NCBI GenBank assembly: GCA_950097015.1
Contig: CATNEN010000009.1
Coordinates: 620,001-684,000, forward strand
DNA length: 64,000 bases
Source: Macrostomum hystrix
Lineage: Eukaryota > Animalia > Platyhelminthes
Reading direction: 5' to 3'
In this document: positions 36,589-48,100 of the stretch, in pieces
Numbering within the stretch: position 1 is the stretch's first letter
How the letters are laid out: the number at the start of each line of letters is the position of its first letter
Made by a program: the position numbers and the translations under genes
The notes under the pieces: model-generated
Seen by the model: only the letters and a program-made list of their open reading frames with translations
Told to the model about the DNA's origin: nothing
Database searches by the model: none

Positions 36589-37386
36589 TCAATCGAATGG
36601 GGAGACGCACTCGCAGATGGTGCCACCGAAGGGGGTCAGCCAGAAAGCATCGTACAAGCCGACGGCGCCATAGTACTGCTTCACTGCGTTCTCGCCAAAG
36701 TTACCAGCGTTATTTGGCTCTCCAGAAAGCCAGAGACCGATGTCCACAGGTAGGCCACAGGAGACCCACTGCCAGCCGCCAGCAGGCTCAGGACTCCCTG
36801 CAGTCTGGAAGCCGCCAATCCAGACCTCTCTGTTTGCGCTCCCAGACAAACTTGCCAGGTGGCTGAGCTCAGCTGAGTTCGTCACGTCAGCCATGATGGT
36901 GAGGCCAGCCTCCGACTCGCACTTCTGCCTGCTCTGTTCCCATGCTCCGGTTCCGAAGTGAAGTAGGTACTTCACTCCGCACAGCTCGTTACCGTAGCCA
37001 GATGGACACAGTGCGCCAGGCTCGAGTCCCGATTGGCGCTTCACGAACACTCGGCCTCTTTTGGAGCAGTTGCAGTTCCTCACCGACTTGCTGCACTTGT
37101 CGAACACGAACAGCTGGCACGGTCCATCCTGGGTTGTGAAGGCCTGGCAGCGCGGCTCCTTGGTGCACTCGAAGGAGCACTGCAGCTCCGAGCCAATGTC
37201 ATTCAGCGTGCGCGTGAAGTCGCTGCGAATGCAGAGGGAGCCGTTGCTGAGCTGCCAGAATCCAGTGGGGCACTGCTGACCGCTCTCGGCTTTGAGTACA
37301 AGACTTAAAATTAAAACTAAAATCAAAAAACTTTTTAGGCATTTTTCTATCTGTGATGTAAGCTTGCTTGCCTGTAATGCTTGCAT
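36589..37386 (-). CDS. Secreted PAN + C-type lectin protein, copy 5 (265 aa), inverted relative to copies 1-4
   Basis: SGQQC..GVKY is 102/106 identical to copy 4. CTLD has GEPNN, LYD and ICECVSPFD. The leader differs from the paralogs, so the start codon is less certain. Confidence 0.82.
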   Translation of the reverse strand: MQALQASKLTSQIEKCLKSFLILVLILSLVLKAESGQQCPTGFWQLSNGSLCIRSDFTRTLNDIGSELQCSFECTKEPRCQAFTTQDGPCQLFVFDKCSKSVRNCNCSKRGRVFVKRQSGLEPGALCPSGYGNELCGVKYLLHFGTGAWEQSRQKCESEAGLTIMADVTNSAELSHLASLSGSANREVWIGGFQTAGSPEPAGGWQWVSCGLPVDIGLWLSGEPNNAGNFGENAVKQYYGAVGLYDAFWLTPFGGTICECVSPFD

Positions 37387-39183
37387 TCCAGAAAAATGTA
37401 TGAAATTATTCGTTTATGAAAAGGAACTGCTCCTATTTTTCAGGTAAAATTCAATACAAAATCACCTGAAATAGCTTCCACGGCGCTTTTATTTCTCTTT
37501 TGATGCTTGCCGAAGGATCGTGGATGTCACACAATGTGGCCATCAGTGCGGAACGATGCTGGAATTTTCAGGTATTTGCCATAAAATGCATTTTTGAGCC
37601 AAAATCGCTCGCTGGGATAGCACGAGGCTCGTCAGTTTCATTGAAACTGGCTTCAGCCTCTGCAAGCACAGCCAGTTCAGGCGATAGTCAGAGTGGCTCC
37701 CCTGCCTTGCCTTGCTTGCATGACTGAGCAGCGGCGGAACAATGCCTCGCCATCCCTCCTCATCGCCACCGATCGGCCTCGCTGCACAGGCGGCACCTGA
37801 TCCGACGGCAAAGACTTTGAATTCGACTCGGGAGCTTGTAGCCTAGCAGTAATTTTTTAAATCATTTTCATCCCTGCACGATAGCTCCACTTCCTTTTTA
37901 GCAGTAACTGTGGATTCATTCAATACGTTTGAAATGCATTCACCATTCTAGTAAAATTAATATTAGAATTTATATTTACAGGAGTGCTGTGGGCGCTGGT
38001 GACAGTAGACTTCTAGCCGTCGAGGAGGCAATTCTGTCCATTGTGAAAAAACCTGAGCACACACTTGCACACAGATACTGTACACAGGCTCACAATCACA
38101 CAGGCGCACACATCTATTTGACTTTGACCTTGGTGCGAGAGGCAAATTTACGAATAGTAACTCGCAATGCTTTTGACAATTTTTCGTTAAGTTGTCATGG
38201 ATTTCCAATCGATTCAGAATGGTACATTGTATTAAAAATATATTAGTGTGAATGAGACAAGAGTTTAAGCTGTTCGAAATCCGAACCATCTTTGGTTTGC
38301 GTGTTGCTGTAAAGGCACAATAGTATCTCAAGAGGTTTACTCTATGTTAATTAGAGCTCTTCGTCGAGGTCCTGCAAGCAGTCAGTTTAGTCCTGAAACT
38401 TAAAACGCAAGCAAAGTCTGGGAGTCCCTATGCTTCTATCGACAAAGTTGCTGGATCTTTCCCGCTAATTAGATAATGTAAGCTAGAGTGAATCCTTTAG
38501 TTCACTATACGGCCTGGAACTATAGCCTAAATTGACTGGAACGAAACGAAAGCTTTGGCCATAGAACCTCGGGCTTTATGTGACTTCGTGTAGGCTTTTT
38601 CACGCTATCATTAATTTGACTGCTTTCAGGATTAAATTGACAGGACAATGCGATATTAAAAATAAATTAACGGTCATAAGTAATAGGCTCAATGGCCAAC
38701 ACAGGGGCTATTATCTGATATACGAGTAAAAATCGCTATTTTTGTGTCAACGTAAAAGAATTCGTACCTTGAAAATTGTTTCTGGCCTTGATAACTGGTA
38801 TTTGTGACAGTAGTGAATAGACAGTACAATAAGAAAAAAAGAGTAAAGTGAATAAAGGAAATAAATAACTGGCGAATAAATGAATTATTCAAACCAAAAG
38901 AAAAAGAAATATTGTCGTGCTCTTACAGAGAAGGCTGAGTTACGTAGCCGAATTGCTTTCAATGTGAAATCTCTCTCACTTATTTCAGATGTCGAGAGAG
39001 ATATCTAAACTCGAAGAATTGAACGCTATAGTACTCCGTGAATAGTTCTTACTTAAATATGAACTACAGAAAACTAAATTTAAACTTTAAGCAAAATTTG
39101 CATTTTGTGATACAAAAAGATTGTTTCTAAAGTAACTTCGCCTTCAAATCTGACAAAAACTATCCGACCATGTAAAACTGTCA

Positions 39184-42100
39184 TCACTGAACGCTGCACA
39201 CTTTGCTCCGATTCTTCTTCAAGGACACCTGGCTGGCCGTCAAGACCTCGGCGTCAGCCTTTGCAGCTGCCGAAGCTCCGCTTGTGTCTCGGCGCCGAGG
39301 CTTCGGCACTTTCGCTGCAGTGTTGCCGTCGCCTGCTGCAGCAGCGGCCGCCGCTTCCAGCTGACCAATGGCCACCGAAGTCCGGTGCCGATGCAGTTTC
39401 GGCTTCGCTTCCTCAGCGCCGCCACGTGCCTTTCTGCCTGTCAGGTGCTTTCCAGAGGCAATGTACTTTTCCTGCTCATCCAAATAGTTCTTGTACTTTT
39501 CGATTGCATCCGCAGACTTTTTGAAGTTTGCTTCACTGGTCAGCCGGGACCGCAGGAATACGTCTCCGTTCGTGAAGAAGCGCTCCGGAGCTCCCGAGCC
39601 GGCTGACTCGTTGGGCAGCACCGTCACCCGGCCGTTGCCGACTTTCTGGTGCTCCGGGCACAGCCACAGAATCTTGCCGCTGCCCAGCGCGCACTTGGAC
39701 AGACCCGAGTGACGCTGAGAGGAATCTGCGTCGTAATTAGAGGTTGGCTTCGTGGGATGCTCAGGACTTACTGATGCGCTTGCTTTGCTTGTATTGAGCT
39801 GATGCTCACGATTTGTTTAGCTTCATGGCTGCATCAGCTATATATCATATGAACTTACTCACTAGTAAGAAAGTACTCACTAGTGGCCCCGATAAAGAGC
39901 TGCTGCACAGCCTGATAGGCGTCTGCGAAGGACTTGGCTGAGACCGAAGCCTCGCTTCTGACTACCTGCATGAAATCTTCAGCTTGGACTCCCGACAGGC
40001 AGTTCAGCTGGATGCCGCTGGCCTGCAGCAGCGAGCAGATTCGTAGCAGGTAGACGGAGGCGGAGGACAGCAGGGAATCTAACTTTGATCGCGATTCGTT
40101 TTTTAGGCTCACGGCTGGTCCATAGACGTGCCAGCCCTACAAAGTGGTCGCACAAACTTCTGTTGTGTTGCGTTCCTTATCGATTCCGGGCACAAGCTTA
40201 GTACTTATTGACAGGGTTAATAGGCATGTACGAGGCAGGGGTCTGGCCATTCATATTACCACATCTGTATTATCGTGCATCTCATCCATTAAAATCTAGA
40301 AAACAGGCTCAAATTTTATTTCAAAACTTCTGGGATCTCAAAAATTATAAAACTACAAGGTTGCTTGTTAGAGAGAAACAAGCAGATACGTTGCACTGAC
40401 GGGTGGCAACTGCCAGATGTCATATTCTAGTTTCTCAGTAGAAGTCGCTGTTGAAAATGTCCTTCAGTAACGGAGTAAAACTTAATATTCTAGAACATAA
40501 GGGTCTAAAAAAATCTGGACTCACCCGCTGATTCTCACAGAAGACTTTGATGAGCAACTGCGGGACAATAGAGAGAGAGACGATTGTGAGCATCATTTTA
40601 TACATAAAAAGCTTCTGTAAATATAAGTAAGGCAACTTATTGACGCTATTATTCGATCTCAGCACAACGCACCAGGTCTTCCAACTTTTCTTGCTTAGAA
40701 ATGTCGCCGCGCCTGTCATCATTGAAGTCGGTGACGTCATTAAAGTCCGGCACCAGCAGCCTCGGCAAGTCGCTGTGGCTGAACTGCTTCAGGAATCGGC
40801 GCTGCGCCAGCTCGGCTTCCTCTCGGAACAGGCCCGGCTGGCTCGGAGCCGGAATGGCAACGGTGGTCTTGCGACGCACCAGCGGCTTCTCGGCCTTCCG
40901 GTTCTCTGCCTCACTGGCCAGGATACTCTTGACTCGGTTCACGAGTCTCTTGAAATCCGCATCCGGAACGTCCTTGCGAAAGTCGAACTCCTCGTAGCTC
41001 ATGCTGAGCATTCCCAGCTCCTGGGTTTTAAACGCCTGCGTTTGGCCGACTACGACAGTAACGATCGGCTTGCGCAGGTTCTTTGCTGCGAAGCGGAATT
41101 CCATCATGCAGTTGGCGCTATGCTGGTACTCGTCGCTTACGAAGGCTAGGACCAACGGGCAGCGGCCAAGGCCGGAGCTGATGTCTTCGAACAGGCTGCG
41201 CTGCAGGTGACGAAGAAATAAGAACGATCGCATTGTAACAGAAAGGAAAACATAATAAAAATGTATATTTAGGATTGTCCTCTTCAAGGCGTAATTAGCA
41301 ATTGGTTCGGAAACGGGACTGGAAAGACTCACAGCACCAGTGTCCTTTACGTCCAGCCAGCATCGAAGCCCTTCAGCCTCTAGCCTTTCCTTCAGCCGAC
41401 GAGGATCGCTGCCCTCGCATCCAAGGACTCCGTTTCGAGTTCCCTTGGCAACAGCATCGTGCGAGTTCGCCCAGCAATAAGAGATGAAGACGTCCCTGGA
41501 GTCACCCATGGATGACTGCGAATAAGACTGCTGAGTGGCTGCTTCAACCGCAGCTGTGGCGTCCTGAACAACTTCCGCGAGCTTCTCGTCGACGACAGAT
41601 TTTTTCGCATCCGTTATGTCAATGTATTTGTCCGTGCCAACGAGAAAAGCCAGCTCATGGCACTCTCTCCAAGACTTGTCTGCACCAACGCTCAAATAGA
41701 CGAGCCTCTTGCGTAGATTGTTCTTAGCACTGAAGAGTGAGTTCAGACAGGCCTTGTCGGAACCGAAGTACTTACTGATGAACACAAGCACAGCACTGCA
41801 GTCACTTAAATGCAGCTGCTTGTCTTCTCGCTGCTCCGGGTACGGTGGGTAGCTAAAATGTAGTTAAGAAAAAACTATTTTCTACTATAATTATGACTTC
41901 GAATTTTGCAAACGTTTCCCAACATTCGGAACGAGCATACACAGAATACTTCCTCACCAGCTAAGTCCGTTGGCCTCCAGTTTCTTTGTCACAGCCTCGG
42001 GACATGCTGGTCCTTTGTCGTTTTCGTTGTTTGGATAGTCATCAGGGGCAAAAAGCAGACAGACATCCCGAGTCATTTCAAGTCGAGCTCTCCTGATTCG

Positions 42101-45100
42101 CAGCAGGCTCTGCTCCAGCTGGTGGTCGAACTCAGTCAGGTTGGATGGCCGGATGTTGGCAAGCAGCTGGCTCAGGTTCAGGATATGGAACTCGAACGGG
42201 CACTGCAGAAAAGCAACCTGGCGACTGCTAGCCTTACGAATCATCGCGACACGAATGACGCTAAGCTCGCTGTCGCCCGATGAAGAATTCAGACATTCTG
42301 GACATGGCAGGATCTCCTCGTAGTGAACTCCATGGAAGGTCTCTTTGATCAGGCTGTCAAACACGTCATTGATCATGAAGAGTACATTCTCGGGCCTTGG
42401 CCCGAACACCGTCGCGATCAGCCGCTGTCGTTCGTCCATGGTGATGACGGCGATGTGACCATCCTTGCGGAGCAGCGAGCCCCGCTTCCAGATGGTGTTT
42501 CCGTCAGTGAACTCAAACAGCCGAACCTGCGCTCTGTTGAAAAGACCGGCTGGCAGGTAGTCAAACTGGTAGATGAACCTGGCCAGTGTGTTTCCCTCAC
42601 CATCCGCCTCTTGTGGGAATGAGTACTGTGGGTGTCAGTTTGAGATGCACTTGAAATTCTGTGTGCGAAGTAGAAAGTATCTCTATCTAAAGTGGGAGGA
42701 GTAAATTACTCTACCTCTGGTACATCTTCAGGTAGCAGACAGGGCACGATGTTGCAGTCATCCTTCATTGCGTAAGTCAAGTCGAAGGCCTCGGTTAGCT
42801 TCAGAAGCCATTCGTGCAGCTCCGGGTCGAACTTGTTCCAGATCGCTGGAATATCGGACCTCTTAAGCTGGCCATTCTGAAATGATTTTCAAGCCCTTTT
42901 TGTTATTTACTCAGCCCCAGTGGCGCTTCATTTCCAGTATGCTCTAATTGTCCTGGAAAGAAAACCTCCTTTATGAATATTATATTTTGTGAAATTTTAA
43001 ATTTCTATCGAAAGTACGCTCGTAAAAAAGTAGCACTGAAATTTCTACTTGCTACTTAAAAAATTAAAAATAGTAATCTGACTAGCATAATCATTGTCCA
43101 ACTTATAAAACTTACCTGAATGGGAGAGTTCTTGACGCTGACGACACAGGCCATAACGTCCACTATCCATTTCGGATTGATGACCACTTTTTGCCTGAGG
43201 TACTCGGTGTCGAAGTACTGCACTGAGCCGATGTCATTCAAGAAGCTCACAGCCTGTCTCACGTGCTTATCCTCGTAGAGGCCCTGCGACTGGGCAAGAC
43301 TCGTCACTTCCTGCCAGTCTAGAATGTTGATACGGTCCCGGGTTCGCTTCTCGATCAGGCGGTCTTCAAAGTCCAGGAAGATTCGAGGAAGCCGCTCACT
43401 CATGTACGGCTGCTGATGAGCGACTTCCACGAGTTGCTTGCGCAGGTCGCTCACTCCCTTGCCTGGAGATGAATAGGGAGGTCACTTAGCCTGCTCAAAC
43501 AAACTCCTATGTCAGTTCGTGGAAATATTTGTCCTACGGAGTGAGAACGCACCATTTTGAGACGAGACGATGTGAAATCCGCAGATCTGAGGATACCGCG
43601 ATCTGAACATCGACATCGGAATTTTGTCCGGCTTCTCAACCTGAAAATTTAGAAAAAACTGCCTTAGACATGCTACATAAATTTGTGCAACTAATGGATA
43701 TTTGTTTGACATTTGTCCCACCTGATCAGCGTGGGTGCCCACCACCAGAATCGGGGCTTTCGGTGCGTGGCTGGCGATGGAGCTAAGCCAGAAGTCCAGG
43801 CCAGCATGCTCGTAGCCTGTCCTCACGGTGTACAAAAGCAAATACACGGCCCTGTGCGTCAGGAAGAACTGGTGTGTGTTGTAGTACACCCGCTGTCCCG
43901 CAAAGTCCCACGTGCTGAAGTGCAGTGGAGCACTTCCGTCGCCAATGTCGATCTGCCAATCGCCAATGTCGATGCCGTCCGTGATCTCCTCGACGCTGAG
44001 TGTCTCCGTTGTGCCGGTCGGGCTTCGAAGAGCTCGCAGAAGGCTCGTTTTGCCTACTCCACCTAAACGCAAGAATATTTCGGCAAACGGTGCAAGTCTT
44101 CTTGTGCCCTTGAGCAGGCTTGTTAATGATTTTATCCGGTATGAAAACTAGCGTCTTCTAAATTAATCGCTTACCCAGACCAACAAACATTAGCTTCGTT
44201 CGCTTGCACTCCACTTGGTCGGATAAAAGAAATTTCAGATAGCTCAGCATGGCCGCTGATCCACGCATAGCAACCTCTACTGGTGGATTCTTCAAAGACG
44301 GGCACCTAGACACGTCCACATGGCTGAAGTGTGGCAGCTCGGACAGGCGTGGAGACAGCGACTCCAGGAGGGGATTGTGGTCCAGTGTCAGCCTGCGCAG
44401 CTTCTTCAACTGCCCGATCTTGTCTGGCAGTTGGCTGAATGCCTGCAAATCAAAGTGAATTTTGAGATGGTCGATCGCTGCGCACTTATTTCAAAGTCAA
44501 AGTATACTCAGAGCTTACGTGATGGGAAAGTCTCAGCTCTCGCAGATTCTTCAGCTCAAACAGGCAGGGTGGAAAGCCGCCAAGAGGATCACTGTCAGGA
44601 CTATCCAGCCCGAGCCGAGGGACATCAGTCACAAGCCGCCAAAACTCCGAGAGTTCCATTTTCTGCATGCGTTCGGACTGCTCGCTTGTCAGCAGGAGAT
44701 TGAAAAAGTTTTGCTCCGGTGGCAGAGGTTCAAGCCCAGCTAATGTGACTTCTGGCTTGAGCAGCTCATCGTCAACAAAGCGATGTCCGGGAGTAACGCC
44801 AGACTCTTCGATGGCCTGTAAAGCTTCGTCTGGCCATGCGATGCCGTCAATAGTGAGTTCCTGCAGAGCGCGCAGGTTGGCGAACTCCGGTGGCAGAGAG
44901 CGAATCGGCAGCTGCAGCAGGTGCAGCACGGTCAACCTGTCCAGCTGACCGATGGATGCTGGAAGGACACTGATGGGGCACCTGTCCAGTGTCAGCGACT
45001 CCAGCTTAGTGCTGCAGGTCTCAGGCACGCTGGTCACTTTCGCGATGCTGACTGTCAGATCCCGCAGATTCGGGGCATTGCAGTCAGTGCTCTGAAGGTC

Positions 45101-48100
45101 CGACTGTGTCACCGTCAGGCTACGCAGCCGTTGCATCGGCCAGGTTTTGTCCAGACTCCGCATCTTCTCTATCCTGTGCAGCTGGAGTGACTCCAGGCCA
45201 GACAGCGCGGCCAGGCAGGAAGCGTTGCTGATAAGGCGTGAGCTAATTATGGCTGCGCGAACACAACTGCCAAACGTGGCCAGGGCGGTGGCAACAACAT
45301 TCTCACCTTCACCAGCAGCAGCTGAGCTCACCAGCTCGTCTATGCAGCTCGGATGCGCGCCGCTTGTTAGCTGGTGAGCGCGGCAAACCGGCCGCATTTT
45401 CTCGTTATCTTGCTGCTGCTGCTGTTGCTGAGCTGACGAAAGGATCAGTGGTCCGTTTGGTATATTAGTGAACTCTTTGACCAGACTATTCTTGAGGTCC
45501 TCAAGTCCCTCTGGATGCTCTGCAGTGATAGCTGGTGCCGCGAGACTGCGCCAGTGCGAGAGGGCAGCTCCGAGCAGCAGCTGTCGCCTCACGGCTGTCT
45601 CCACGGCTGGGCGATAGAGGCCTGGACCCGCCAACAGCTCATGGGATGGCAGCAGCAGCTGTGGGATGAAGCAGGTCCACACATGAGGTGTCCGGTCTGA
45701 TGGAACACAACGCAATATTTTGTTCTATTCTTCCACCTACTCACCCTGTGCTGCATGAGAGACCTGACGGCGGCCTGAGCAGACAGGTGGCAGTCCAAAG
45801 CCGATGAAAGCGGGCTTTTTACTCCGTTTGAGTCTACCAGGTGCACATCAGTCGCAGATCCTGAAAGATTTTGTAAGGCAGCTCCAATGTGTCGAAGTTC
45901 TTGTGAATTAACTGAATAAACAATGGTTTTATGCAGCCTGCATGAGCGCAACTGGTGCATGACGCAGACCCACTAACCACTGTTGCACAGCAGGTGCGCC
46001 CTCAGTTTTCCAGCATCAGCAACATCCAGGATGCTGGAGTGTCGCAGAGAGCGGCCGTCCTCGCTGGTGAGGTCAGGCAGGAAAGCCCACAGGATGCCGT
46101 GGCCGATGGCAGTTTTTTTAGCCAGAGACGCCTGCAAGCTCCGCCCAAAGCCAGTGGAGATTCGGAACCCAGCGCACCGGCAGGACTGGCCATAGATATT
46201 TAAACCGTCCGTTAAATCGGTGTACTGACGCCAGTCTGGCAGCACATTTGGACTGGGGAACTTTGGTGTCGTGATCGCTGGGTCCCCAATCGCAACGGCT
46301 GAAGTGGATAGACAGACGTAAAAAAGTAGGCGAAAAATTGCTTTCAACCCATTATTAAAACTAGAGTAGGTAGTTTTGAACTCTGACGCTTATAGAACTC
46401 CCCAGTTAGCTAATAAAATTAGCGTCTGCCTTTTGTACCAAGGTCCCTGAGCTCGAATCTGAGGCGAGGCCCCTTAGAGAAGGCTTGGGGGCTTGTCGTG
46501 CAGTTTGCGCCATTGAGGGCCAACGTCCAAGGCACAGTGAGAGTGCACACTGCCTGACGATGAGAAAGTCAGGGCAGATGTAAACCTGCGTGAGAGTGTG
46601 CCTGCATACGATATCTGTGTGCGTGTGTGCTCAGGAGTCAGCGAAATGGTCAGAATCGCCTCTTCGCTGGCTGCGGGTCTACTCTAACCAATGATTGTAG
46701 TATGATAATAAGTTTATTACCGCTGATACCATTGCTTTGAAAACATACCGCTAAAGTTGGCGCGTTCCTGCCCATTCGGAGTAAAGAGACCGCCAGCGCT
46801 AAGGTCCACCGAGACGGCTGCTGAGGAGGCATCCATCGGCTGCAAAGTGACGGATTTGGCGTCCGCCTTGATGACCCTCATGAGGTCAGCGCTTGGCTTG
46901 TCCGATTTAACTGGCTCGTAACGCAGCCAGTCACCTGGACTCAGTTTTCTCGAGTATTTGATGGCCTGTGAGAACATTTTGCAGATATAGACAAGCCATT
47001 TACAGCCGTGGTTGAAAGACTAGCAAAATATTCACACACTCACTGGAAAATTTGGGGCTCTGACACAAACCCCTACACCGGCGGAAGCATTGAACACCCA
47101 GCTGTAGTTTCTGCGGGGCACGAACGCCTTCCGGACCAAGACTCCGCTCTCGAACACCTCAAGCAGGTCACACGAACCGCCCAGCTTCCTCCGGTTCTCC
47201 TTGCTGGCCTCCACAGCAATGAGTGGAGCCGAATTGCTTCGCAGCTGCTCCTGCTGAATGTCGAACTTTAGTCTCTGTGTCTGGCTTCCGACGGACTTGT
47301 TGCTCAGCACGATTTCCAGGCTGCACTCCTTGCGAAGAAATTCGGAGAACTCCAGCGGCTGGTGTTCTTGCCCTGCGCCATTCCATTCTTTCGGGTACTC
47401 AACCAAAACGTTGAGCAGAATGAAGTTCTCCTGGTCTTTTGGCGAAAATCTGAAAAATGCTGTCCGATTCATTGTCCCAGAGACTTCAGACAGTTCCGCG
47501 TCAACTGCTGCGGAATTGGCGTCTATGGTCGAACTGTCACAGATCACATGCCTCGGTGATGTCACCTGCATTGAAGGGTGTCCGAACGTAACTTGCTGTT
47601 ATAACGCGCTATGCATGATTACATGGCAAAAATTATGAGCATCTAAATTTCTGTCACCTTTATTTCTGTCTGGCCAGGAGCCAGAAGCTGTAATACAACG
47701 ACACCAGCGAATGTGGTCTTCATATAAGTCAGCTCCCTTAGGCAATCAAGACAGGTCTCTGGGAATATTCGGGCAATGCTCTGCGCACCAACAGCGGTCT
47801 CTTCCTCTTCTTTGTCCAGCGCTTCCACCAGCAGACTCTCGTGATATGTCGCTGGCTGCCAGGGAATTCGGCTGGTCAGACGGACGGCCTCCCTTGGCGA
47901 CTGCATCGCAACGCAGGGATACAGACCGCCAGGCGGAATGTCAAAGGGCTCGCTGAGATGACAGTCCTCGAACGATCCGTTGCCGAGTTTGTCAACTGAG
48001 AACAGGACTCGAGCTCGACTGGGAGCCACGAACTGCAGCTGGCAGCGAACATGGCAGCCCGGAGCGGCTTCGGGACCCGAGAACTGAAATCCAGTCTCAG

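Noticed and set aside
39184-44210. LRRK1/LRRK2 ortholog assignment
   Set aside because: No kinase or WD40 follows COR; TIR domains occupy that position.
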